The position numbers and the translations under genes are program-made. Below, in pieces: positions 53,201-64,000 of a stretch of 64,000 nt of DNA. Origin of the DNA: Lepidodermella squamata (taxonomy: Eukaryota; Animalia; Gastrotricha); the NCBI GenBank assembly GCA_047495785.1, contig JBLDXI010000056.1, forward strand, positions 558,001 through 622,000, written 5' to 3'. The notes under the pieces were generated by a model. It did not search any database. It was not told the origin of the DNA and saw only the letters and a list, made by a program, of their open reading frames with translations. Position 1 is the first letter of the stretch, and each line of letters opens with the position of its first letter.

Positions 53201-55537
53201 TTGCTCTCATTCCGCTGAGTTTGTCTTAAGGCGCACGTGCCAAATGACACGTAACACATGGCCCGCTTCATTTGAAATTAGTTTTTATTTTATTTTTTCC
53301 TCAATTTTTTATCCCACTCATTTCTCATTTACAAGGGATTTTCTCGTGACATGTAAAGCGATCCGCAGCTCTTATATTTGCTGGGTACTAGTATAGCCGA
53401 AGGCACGCTCTGAAATGAATTTTTTTAAACAAAACTCAAGCTCGACATTTTTCGAGAAGTTTTCTTGGTTTTGGATAGAAGCTTAACTGATTTTTTGGGA
53501 GGTTAAATTAAAAATCAAGAAAATTTGCTAATAGATATAAAGAACTCATAGTTTGATTGGGATCATCTTTTTATCAGTTTTGGCCCTGGAATCAGAACTC
53601 CAACCGCATTTAAAATTATGAAAATAGATATAAGATTTTTTCGAATTTTTACCTTTTCCTGAAATATTTTTGCAACCCTTCCCGTCTATTTTTTCGCTCG
53701 TGTGCAGCCTGTAAAATAATTAATAGTTATATTTTTTCTCCTGATCTTTCAGCTTAACAACTTTATTAACAAATTCACTCGCAGTACCAAAATAATTTTG
53801 AAAATTCATTATTTTTTATTCATTTTTATCCTGTAGTTGTGCCTTACGCCACATTTTAAGCCGAGATCGACTTGAGCAGACTATTTCCAAATTATTTTAG
53901 GAGAAAGCCCTGAAGTCAAGCCTTGAATTTCGTAAATTGCTGAATTCATATTCCGGATTTTTTTTCGATTTGTCATCTAATAAAGTTTCCCTAGCTTCTC
54001 CCAGTTCTAATTTGAACGTCGATATTGTCATTAGAATATTCCGCGCTTCAGAATTGGACACATAGTCCTAACAGAGTGCCATAAGAAACCTATTCGAACT
54101 TTTCTGCAAAATATTGCTCAAATTAGTACAAAATTTTCCGTTCTTTTCCAAATTGTTCTCTTTTGGCATAAAATACTACATTATTTAATACATCAGCGCT
54201 AAACTTAACGGCTGCGGAATAAGCTTCCCGTAATAAGAACATAATGTTGAGCTTTTTTAATTTTTAATTTTAATCGACGTTGTGGGATCTTGCTGATAAC
54301 TAAATACGCAACCGATTTCGAGATTTGGATGAAACCCAAATAATGGTTAAAAAAATCATTAATTTCAGCTTTTAATTTCTACCCATCACTCTGATTTTTG
54401 TAAATTTTGGAAGCATTTATCGGTCACCATAAAGACACCACTTGAAAATGACGAAAAATAGGTCAGACAAATTAATTTCATGACAAATAAAAAATTATAA
54501 ATTTTGGAATAATCAGGAAATCCAATTCATGAATTTTCCTCTAAATCTTTTAATTTTGATAAATTTCAAAAAGTTCCAAAAATCTCAAAAAATCGAAATG
54601 AAGCAAGCGCGTAATAAGGCAAAAATTGTCAAATTATTCTGTACAGAATTAAGAAGGAAAGCATTCTCAAATTTTCCTGAATTTTACTGATTTTCTGAAG
54701 TAAAGTCTTCACGCGAAAGAAAGCGAAATTATTGGTAAAATCTTGACAATTTTGGTTATCATTTTTGCGCTGGATTCCCAACTCCGTTCTTTTCACGCGG
54801 TTCGGCGTTTGGCGTAAATAATAAAATACGCTAAAATTTAACTTGGCCTATTTTTTCACCATTTTTGCATCCTTAAAACTCCAATCTCCTAATTTCGTTT
54901 TTAGTGAAAATCACCTAAATTTCAAAAATTTCTTTATTTCGAGATTCATTATTAAAAATCAGTCCACATGAATTTACACGGTGATTTTTGAGCTCAAAAT
55001 TGCCAGTATTTCTCATTTTTTACTTCGTGTATTTTGATGTAACTACTCTGATTTCTCCAGAGCCGAAGTTTTCTTGAAATTCCGCGAAATTTCCGATCGT
55101 GTAATTTCATGTAATGTCAATTGCGGCTCGGACTTGAAAATTATAGCAGTAAAATGAGGGTATTATCGGCTGAATTTCCAAAATTTATTTATTTTTTGTT
55201 CAATCGATCTTCCTACATGAGAATACAACGTCATTTTCTGGATGTAAAATGATGTGAGGATATTCCAGTCGAAAAATCGTTCAGCTTCCATTGAAATACA
55301 TCGAAGAAATAACTGAAGGACGAAAATCCATGAGTTTACATGACCGAATTTCAGGGTTTACACGAATATCCATGAGTTTCCTCAGCCGAAAAACGGCAAA
55401 CCCTGTTTTACAACGCTGAATTCCGGATCGCTGAGCTGGTTCCTGATCTGCTTACATGAAAACACCCAAATAAACTGCTAAATACCTCAAAATACAGGAA
55501 TTTACAATGTTAATTTACTCAAACTTTTTTGTCCGGG
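50248..55537. mobile_element. 5,290-bp AT-rich TIR element inserted in the satellite (CCC...GGG, 2-bp TT TSD), apparently non-autonomous
   Basis: TIR CCCGGAC(T/A)AAAAAGTTT (16/17) and TT at 50246-47 and 55538-39. Satellite phase shifts by exactly 5292 = 5290+2. CGTGTAAA/TTTACA(C/T)G subterminal repeats at both ends. No long ORF. Confidence 0.92.
50422..50664. repeat. Long internal inverted repeat (96-bp arms, 51-bp spacer)
   Basis: 50422-50517 is the near-perfect reverse complement of 50569-50664, which is why ORFs 50379-50636(-) and 50450-50743(+) translate almost identically. Confidence 0.95.
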
Positions 55538-58500
55538 TTTGGCTGGCAGCGGAATACCGGTCAGCTGCAATGGCCGCGAATAGCCTGCCAACGCGTTTGC
55601 GCTTGCTGCCGCTACCGAATGAAGCGCGAATATGCCCGATTCGGCTGGTTTGGGCATGATGCCGATTCGTGGCGATGCGTACAAGGGTGAATACAGCGAT
55701 TCCAACCTTCTTTGGCTGGCAGCGGAATACCGGTCAGCTGCAATGGCCGCGAATAGCCTGCCAACGCGTTTGCGCTTGCTGCCACTACCGAATGAAGCGC
55801 GAATAAGCCCGATTCGGCTGGTTTGGGCACGATGCCGATTCGTAGCGATGCGTACAAGGGTGAATACAGCGATTCCAGCCTTCTTTGGCTGGCAGCGGAA
55901 TACCGGTCAGCTGCAATGGCCGCGAATAGCCTGCCAACGCGTTTGCGCTTGCTGCCACTACCGAATGAAGCGCGAATATGCCCGATTCGGCTGGTTTGGG
56001 CACGATGCCGATTCGTAGCGATGCGTACAAGGGTGAATACAGCGATTCCAGCATTCTTTGGCTGGCAGCGGAATACCGGTCAGCTGCAATGGCCGCGAAT
56101 AGCCTGCCAACGCGTTTGCGCTTGCTGCCGCTACCGAATGAAGCGCGAAAATGCCCGAATCGGCTGGTTTGGGCACGATGCGGATTCGTGGCGATGCGTA
56201 CAAGGGTGAATACAGCGATTCCAGCATTCTTTGGCTGGCAGCGGAATACCGGTCAGCTGCAATGGCCGCGAATAGCCTGCCAACGCGTTTGCGCTTGCTG
56301 CCACTACCGAATGAAGCGCGAATAAGCCCGATTCGGCTGGTTTGGGCACGATGCCGATTCGTAGCGATGCGTACAAGGGTGAATACAGCGATTCCAGCCT
56401 TCTTTGGCTGGCAGCGGAATACCGGTCAGCTGCAATGGCCGCGAATAGCCTGCCAACGCGTTTGCGCTTGCTGCCGCTACCGAATGAAGCGCGAAAATGC
56501 CCGAATCGGCTGGTTTGGGCACGATGCGGATTCGTGGCGATGCGTACAAGGGTGAATACAGCGATTCCAGCATTCTTTGGCTGGCAGCGGAATACCGGTC
56601 AGCTGCAATGGCCGCGAATAGCCTGCCAACGCGTTTGCGCTTGCTGCCACTACCGAATGAAGCGCGAATAAGCCCGATTCGGCTGGTTTGGGCACGATGC
56701 CGATTCGTAGCGATGCGTACAAGGGTGAATACAGCGATTCCAGCCTTCTTTGGCTGGCAGCGGAATACCGGTCAGCTGCAATGGCCGCGAATAGCCTGCC
56801 AACGCGTTTGCGCTTGCTGCCACTACCGAATGAAGCGCGAATATGCCCGATTCGGCTGGTTTGGGCACGATGCCGATTCGTAGCGATGCGTACAAGGGTG
56901 AATACAGCGATTCCAGCCTTCTTTGGCTGGCAGCGGAATACCGGTCAGCTGCAATGGCCGCGAATAGCCTGCCAACGCGTTTGCGCTTGCTGCCACTACC
57001 GAATGAAGCGCGAATATGCCCGATTCGGCTGGTTTGGGCACGATGCGGATTCGTGGCGATGCGTACAAGGGTGAATACAGCGATTCCAGCATTCTTTGGC
57101 TGGCAGCGGAATACCGGTCAGCTGCAATGGCCGCGAATAGCCTGCCAACGCGTTTGCGCTTGCTGCCGCTACCGAATGAAGCGCGAAAATGCCCGAATCG
57201 GCTGGTTTGGGCACAATGCGGATTCGTGGCGATGCGTACAAGGGTGAATACAGCGATTCCAGCATTCTTTGGCTGGCAGCGGAATACCGGTCAGCTGCAA
57301 TGGCCGCGAATAGCCTGCCAACGCGTTTGCGCTTGCTGCCACTACCGAATGAAGCGCGAATAAGCCCGATTCGGCTGGTTTGGGCACGATGCCGATTCGT
57401 AGCGATGCGTACAAGGGTGAATACAGCGATTCCAGCCTTCTTTGGCTGGCAGCGGAATACCGGTCAGCTGCAATGGCCGCGAATAGCCTGCCAACGCGTT
57501 TGCGCTTGCTGCCACTACCGAATGAAGCGCGAATATGCCCGATTCGGCTGGTTTGGGCACGATGCGGATTCGTGGCGATGCGTACAAGGGTGAATACAGC
57601 GATTCCAGCCTTCTTTGGCTGGCAGCGGAATACCGGTCAGCTGCAATGGCCGCGAATAGCCTGCCAACGCGTTTGCGCTTGCTGCCACTACCGAATGAAG
57701 CGCGAATATGCCCGATTCGGCTGGTTTGGGCACGATGCCGATTCGTAGCGATGCGTACAAGGGTGAATACAGCGATTCCAGCCTTCTTTGGCTGGCAGCG
57801 GAATACCGGTCAGCTGCAATGGCCGCGAATAGCCTGCCAACGCGTTTGCGCTTGCTGCCACTACCGAATGAAGCGCGAAAATGCCCGAATCGGCTGGTTT
57901 GGGCACGATGCGGATTCGTGGCGATGCGTACAAGGGTGAATACAGCGATTCCAGCATTCTTTGGCTGGCAGCGGAATACCGGTCAGCTGCAATGGCCGCG
58001 AATAGCCTGCCAACGCGTTTGCGCTTGCTGCCGCTACCGAATGAAGCGCGAAAATGCCCGAATCGGCTGGTTTGGGCACGATGCGGATTCGTGGCGATGC
58101 GTACAAGGGTGAATACAGCGATTCCAGCATTCTTTGGCTGGCAGCGGAATACCGGTCAGCTGCAATGGCCGCGAATAGCCTGCCAACGCGTTTGCGCTTG
58201 CTGCCACTACCGAATGAAGCGCGAATAAGCCCGATTCGGCTGGTTTGGGCACGATGCCGATTCGTAGCGATGCGTACAAGGGTGAATACAGCGATTCCAG
58301 CATTCTTTGGCTGGCAGCGGAATACCGGTCAGCTGCAATGGCCGCGAATAGCCTGCCAACGCGTTTGCGCTTGCTGCCGCTACCGAATGAAGCGCGAAAA
58401 TGCCCGAATCGGCTGGTTTGGGCACGATGCGGATTCGTGGCGATGCGTACAAGGGTGAATACAGCGATTCCAGCATTCTTTGGCTGGCAGCGGAATACCG

Positions 58501-61500
58501 GTCAGCTGCAATGGCCGCGAATAGCCTGCCAACGCGTTTGCGCTTGCTGCCACTACCGAATGAAGCGCGAATAAGCCCGATTCGGCTGGTTTGGGCACGA
58601 TGCCGATTCGTAGCGATGCGTACAAGGGTGAATACAGCGATTCCAGCCTTCTTTGGCTGGCAGCGGAATACCGGTCAGCTGCAATGGCCGCGAATAGCCT
58701 GCCAACGCGTTTGCGCTTGCTGCCGCTACCGAATGAAGCGCGAAAATGCCCGAATCGGCTGGTTTGGGCACGATGCGGATTCGTGGCGATGCGTACAAGG
58801 GTGAATACAGCGATTCCAGCATTCTTTGGCTGGCAGCGGAATACCGGTCAGCTGCAATGGCCGCGAATAGCCTGCCAACGCGTTTGCGCTTGCTGCCACT
58901 ACCGAATGAAGCGCGAATAAGCCCGATTCGGCTGGTTTGGGCACGATGCCGATTCGTAGCGATGCGTACAAGGGTGAATACAGCGATTCCAGCCTTCTTT
59001 GGCTGGCAGCGGAATACCGGTCAGCTGCAATGGCCGCGAATAGCCTGCCAACGCGTTTGCGCTTGCTGCCGCTACCGAATGAAGCGCGAAAATGCCCGAA
59101 TCGGCTGGTTTGGGCACGATGCGGATTCGTGGCGATGCGTACAAGGGTGAATACAGCGATTCCAGCATTCTTTGGCTGGCAGCGGAATACCGGTCAGCTG
59201 CAATGGCCGCGAATAGCCTGCCAACGCGTTTGCGCTTGCTGCCGCTACCGAATGAAGCGCGAAAATGCCCGAATCGGCTGGTTTGGGCACGATGCGGATT
59301 CGTGGCGATGCGTACAAGGGTGAATACAGCGATTCCAGCCTTCTTTGGCTGGCAGCGGAATACCGGTCAGCTGCAATGGCCGCGAATAGCCTGCCAACGC
59401 GTTTGCGCTTGCTGCCACTACCGAATGAAGCGCGAATATGCCCGATTCGGCTGGTTTGGGCACGATGCGGATTCGTGGCGATGCGTACAAGGGTGAATAC
59501 AGCGATTCCAGCATTCTTTGGCTGGCAGCGGAATACCGGTCAGCTGCAATGGCCGCGAATAGCCTGCCAACGCGTTTGCGCTTGCTGCCACTACCGAATG
59601 AAGCGCGAATAAGCCCGATTCGGCTGGTTTGGGCACGATGCCGATTCGTAGCGATGCGTACAAGGGTGAATACAGCGATTCCAGCCTTCTTTGGCTGGCA
59701 GCGGAATACCGGTCAGCTGCAATGGCCGCGAATAGCCTGCCAACGCGTTTGCGCTTGCTGCCACTACCGAATGAAGCGCGAATATGCCCGATTCGGCTGG
59801 TTTGGGCACGATGCCGATTCGTAGCGATGCGTACAAGGGTGAATACAGCGATTCCAGCCTTCTTTGGCTGGCAGCGGAATACCGGTCAGCTGCAATGGCC
59901 GCGAATAGCCTGCCAACGCGTTTGCGCTTGCTGCCACTACCGAATGAAGCGCGAATATGCCCGATTCGGCTGGTTTGGGCACGATGCCGATTCGTAGCGA
60001 TGCGTACAAGGGTGAATACAGCGATTCCAGCCTTCTTTGGCTGGCAGCGGAATACCGGTCAGCTGCAATGGCCGCGAATAGCCTGCCAACGCGTTTGCGC
60101 TTGCTGCCACTACCGAATGAAGCGCGAAAATGCCCGAATCGGCTGGTTTGGGCACGATGCGGATTCGTGGCGATGCGTACAAGGGTGAATACAGCGATTC
60201 CAGCATTCTTTGGCTGGCAGCGGAATACCGGTCAGCTGCAATGGCCGCGAATAGCCTGCCAACGCGTTTGCGCTTGCTGCCGCTACCGAATGAAGCGCGA
60301 AAATGCCCGAATCGGCTGGTTTGGGCACGATGCGGATTCGTGGCGATGCGTACAAGGGTGAATACAGCGATTCCAGCATTCTTTGGCTGGCAGCGGAATA
60401 CCGGTCAGCTGCAATGGCCGCGAATAGCCTGCCAACGCGTTTGCGCTTGCTGCCACTACCGAATGAAGCGCGAATAAGCCCGATTCGGCTGGTTTGGGCA
60501 CGATGCCGATTCGTAGCGATGCGTACAAGGGTGAATACAGCGATTCCAGCCTTCTTTGGCTGGCAGCGGAATACCGGTCAGCTGCAATGGCCGCGAATAG
60601 CCTGCCAACGCGTTTGCGCTTGCTGCCACTACCGAATGAAGCGCGAATATGCCCGATTCGGCTGGTTTGGGCACGATGCCGATTCGTAGCGATGCGTACA
60701 AGGGTGAATACAGCGATTCCAGCCTTCTTTGGCTGGCAGCGGAATACCGGTCAGCTGCAATGGCCGCGAATAGCCTGCCAACGCGTTTGCGCTTGCTGCC
60801 ACTACCGAATGAAGCGCGAATATGCCCGATTCGGCTGGTTTGGGCACGATGCCGATTCGTAGCGATGCGTACAAGGGTGAATACAGCGATTCCAGCATTC
60901 TTTGGCTGGCAGCGGAATACCGGTCAGCTGCAATGGCCGCGAATAGCCTGCCAACGCGTTTGCGCTTGCTGCCGCTACCGAATGAAGCGCGAAAATGCCC
61001 GAATCGGCTGGTTTGGGCACGATGCCGATTCGTGGCGATGCGTACAAGGGTGGATACAGCGATTCCAGCATTCTTTGGCTGGCAGCGGAATACCGGTCAG
61101 CTGCAATGGCCGCGAATAGCCTGCCAACGCGTTTGCGCTTGCTGCCGCTACCGAATGAAGCGCGAATATGCCCGATTCGGCTGGTTTGGGCACGATGCCG
61201 ATTCGTAGCGATGCGTACAAGGGTGAATACAGCGATTCCAGCATTCTTTGGCTGGCAGCGGAATACCGGTCAGCTGCAATGGCCGCGAATAGCCTGCCAA
61301 CGCGTTTGCGCTTGCTGCCGCTACCGAATGAAGCGCGAATAAGCCCGATTCGGCTGGTTTGGGCACGATGCCGATTCGTAGCGATGCGTACAAGGGTGAA
61401 TACAGCGATTCCAGCCTTCTTTGGCTGGCAGCGGAATACCGGTCAGCTGCAATGGCCGCGAATAGCCTGCCAACGCGTTTGCGCTTGCTGCCGCTACCGA

Positions 61501-64000
61501 ATGAAGCGCGAAAATGCCCGAATCGGCTGGTTTGGGCACGATGCGGATTCGTGGCGATGCGTACAAGGGTGAATACAGCGATTCCAGCATTCTTTGGCTG
61601 GCAGCGGAATACCGGTCAGCTGCAATGGCCGCGAATAGCCTGCCAACGCGTTTGCGCTTGCTGCCACTACCGAATGAAGCGCGAATAAGCCCGATTCGGC
61701 TGGTTTGGGCACGATGCCGATTCGTAGCGATGCGTACAAGGGTGAATACAGCGATTCCAGCATTCTTTGGCTGGCAGCGGAATACCGGTCAGCTGCAATG
61801 GCCGCGAATAGCCTGCCAACGCGTTTGCGCTTGCTGCCACTACCGAATGAAGCGCGAATATGACCGATTCGGCTGGTTTGGGCACGATGCCGATTCGTAG
61901 CGATGCGTACAAGGGTGAATACAGCGATTCCAGCATTCTTTGGCTGGCAGCGGAATACCGGTCAGCTGCAATGGCCGCGAATAGCCTGCCAACGCGTTTG
62001 CGCTTGCTGCCGCTACCGAATGAAGCGCGAAAATGCCCGAATCGGCTGGTTTGGGCACGATGCGGATTCGTGGCGATGCGTACAAGGGTGAATACAGCGA
62101 TTCCAGCATTCTTTGGCTGGCAGCGGAATACCGGTCAGCTGCAATGGCCGCGAATAGCCTGCCAACGCGTTTGCGCTTGCTGCCACTACCGAATGAAGCG
62201 CGAATATGCCCGATTCGGCTGGTTTGGGCACGATGCCGATTCGTAGCGATGCGTACAAGGGTGAATACAGCGATTCCAGCATTCTTTGGCTGGCAGCGGA
62301 ATACCGGTCAGCTGCAATGGCCGCGAATAGCCTGCCTACGCGTTTGCGCTTGCTGCCGCTACCGAATGAAGCGCGAAAATGCCCGAATCGGCTGGTTTGG
62401 GCACGATGCCGATTCGTGGCGATGCGTACAAGGGTGAATACAGCGATTCCAGCATTCTTTGGCTGGCAGCGGAATACCGGTCAGCTGCAATGGCCGCGAA
62501 TAGCCTGCCAACGCGTTTGCGCTTGCTGCCGCTACCGAATGAAGCGCGAAAATGCCCGAATCGGCTGGTTTGGGCACGATGCGGATTCGTGGCGATGCGT
62601 ACAAGGGTGAATACAGCGATTCCAGCCTTCTTTGGCTGGCAGCGGAATACCGGTCAGCTGCAATGGCCGCGAATAGCCTGCCAACGCGTTTGCGCTTGCT
62701 GCCACTACCGAATGAAGCGCGAATATGCCCGATTCGGCTGGTTTGGGCACGATGCCGATTCGTAGCGATGCGTACAAGGGTGAATACAGCGATTCCAGCC
62801 TTCTTTGGCTGGCAGCGGAATACCGGTCAGCTGCAATGGCCGCGAATAGCCTGCCAACGCGTTTGCGCTTGCTGCCACTACCGAATGAAGCGCGAATATG
62901 CCCGATTCGGCTGGTTTGGGCACGATGCCGATTCGTAGCGATGCGTACAAGGGTGAATACAGCGATTCCAGCATTCTTTGGCTGGCAGCGGAATACCGGT
63001 CAGCTGCAATGGCCGCGAATAGCCTGCCAACGCGTTTGCGCTTGCTGCCGCTACCGAATGAAGCGCGAAAATGCCCGAATCGGCTGGTTTGGGCACGATG
63101 CCGATTCGTGGCGATGCGTACAAGGGTGGATACAGCGATTCCAGCATTCTTTGGCTGGCAGCGGAATACCGGTCAGCTGCAATGGCCGCGAATAGCCTGC
63201 CAACGCGTTTGCGCTTGCTGCCACTACCGAATGAAGCGCGAATATGCCCGATTCGGCTGGTTTGGGCACGATGCCGATTCGTAGCGATGCGTACAAGGGT
63301 GAATACAGCGATTCCAGCATTCTTTGGCTGGCAGCGGAATACCGGTCAGCTGCAATGGCCGCGAATAGCCTGCCTACGCGTTTGCGCTTGCTGCCGCTAC
63401 CGAATGAAGCGCGAAAATGCCCGATTCGGCTGGTTTGGGCACGATGCCGATTCGTAGCGATGCGTACAAGGGTGAATACAGCGATTCCAGCCTTCTTTGG
63501 CTGGCAGCGGAATACCGGTCAGCTGCAATGGCCGCGAATAGCCTGCCAACGCGTTTGCGCTTGCTGCCGCTACCGAATGAAGCGCGAAAATGCCCGAATC
63601 GGCTGGTTTGGGCACGATGCGGATTCGTGGCGATGCGTACAAGGGTGAATACAGCGATTCCAGCATTCTTTGGCTGGCAGCGGAATACCGGTCAGCTGCA
63701 ATGGCCGCGAATAGCCTGCCAACGCGTTTGCGCTTGCTGCCACTACCGAATGAAGCGCGAATAAGCCCGATTCGGCTGGTTTGGGCACGATGCCGATTCG
63801 TAGCGATGCGTACAAGGGTGAATACAGCGATTCCAGCATTCTTTGGCTGGCAGCGGAATACCGGTCAGCTGCAATGGCCGCGAATAGCCTGCCAACGCGT
63901 TTGCGCTTGCTGCCACTACCGAATGAAGCGCGAATATGACCGATTCGGCTGGTTTGGGCACGATGCCGATTCGTAGCGATGCGTACAAGGGTGAATACAG
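55538..64000. repeat. 173-bp tandem satellite, right block (~49 monomers, runs off window)
   Basis: Same monomer and orientation; 55612 + 47x173 = 63743. Confidence 0.99.

Noticed and set aside
50248-55537. piggyBac assignment from CCC...GGG ends
   Set aside because: TSD is TT (2 bp, confirmed by array phase), not TTAA
29343-64000. Hundreds of 60-156 aa ORFs (MPDSAGLGTMPIR..., MESLYSPLYAS...) as a repeat-protein gene
   Set aside because: 173 is not a multiple of 3, frames rotate and stop within ~3 monomers, and variants create stops freely; these are satellite artefacts

Overview
Eukaryotic (most likely invertebrate animal) genomic DNA with spliceosomal GT-AG introns. The first ~27 kb is gene-dense: DBR1 (8 exons, -), RTF2 (3 exons, -), an ARF/ARL GTPase (+), EMC5/MMGT1 (+), DNAJC13/RME-8 (9 exons, +) and a J-domain + C2HC zinc-finger gene (5 exons, +), with very short same-strand intergenic gaps. 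Several non-LTR retrotransposon relics lie among them. One is a 2.5-kb element flanked by an apparent target-site duplication (TSD) that keeps the APE endonuclease and C-terminal CCHC region but has no reverse transcriptase (RT). From 27.7 kb a decayed RTE-type LINE is interrupted by an 854-bp CACAG-ended MITE (2-bp TSD, internal tRNA-like motif). The LINE is then cut off just upstream of its catalytic motif by a GC/CpG-rich 173-bp tandem satellite that fills the rest of the window (~170 monomers, strict phase, higher-order and regional variant structure). The array is interrupted once by a 5,290-bp AT-rich element with CCC...GGG termini, a 2-bp TSD, subterminal repeats, a 96-bp-arm hairpin and no recognisable transposase (CMC/EnSpm-like by inference). 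The hundreds of ORFs called in 29-64 kb are artefacts of the satellite. All calls were made by eye, without database searches.
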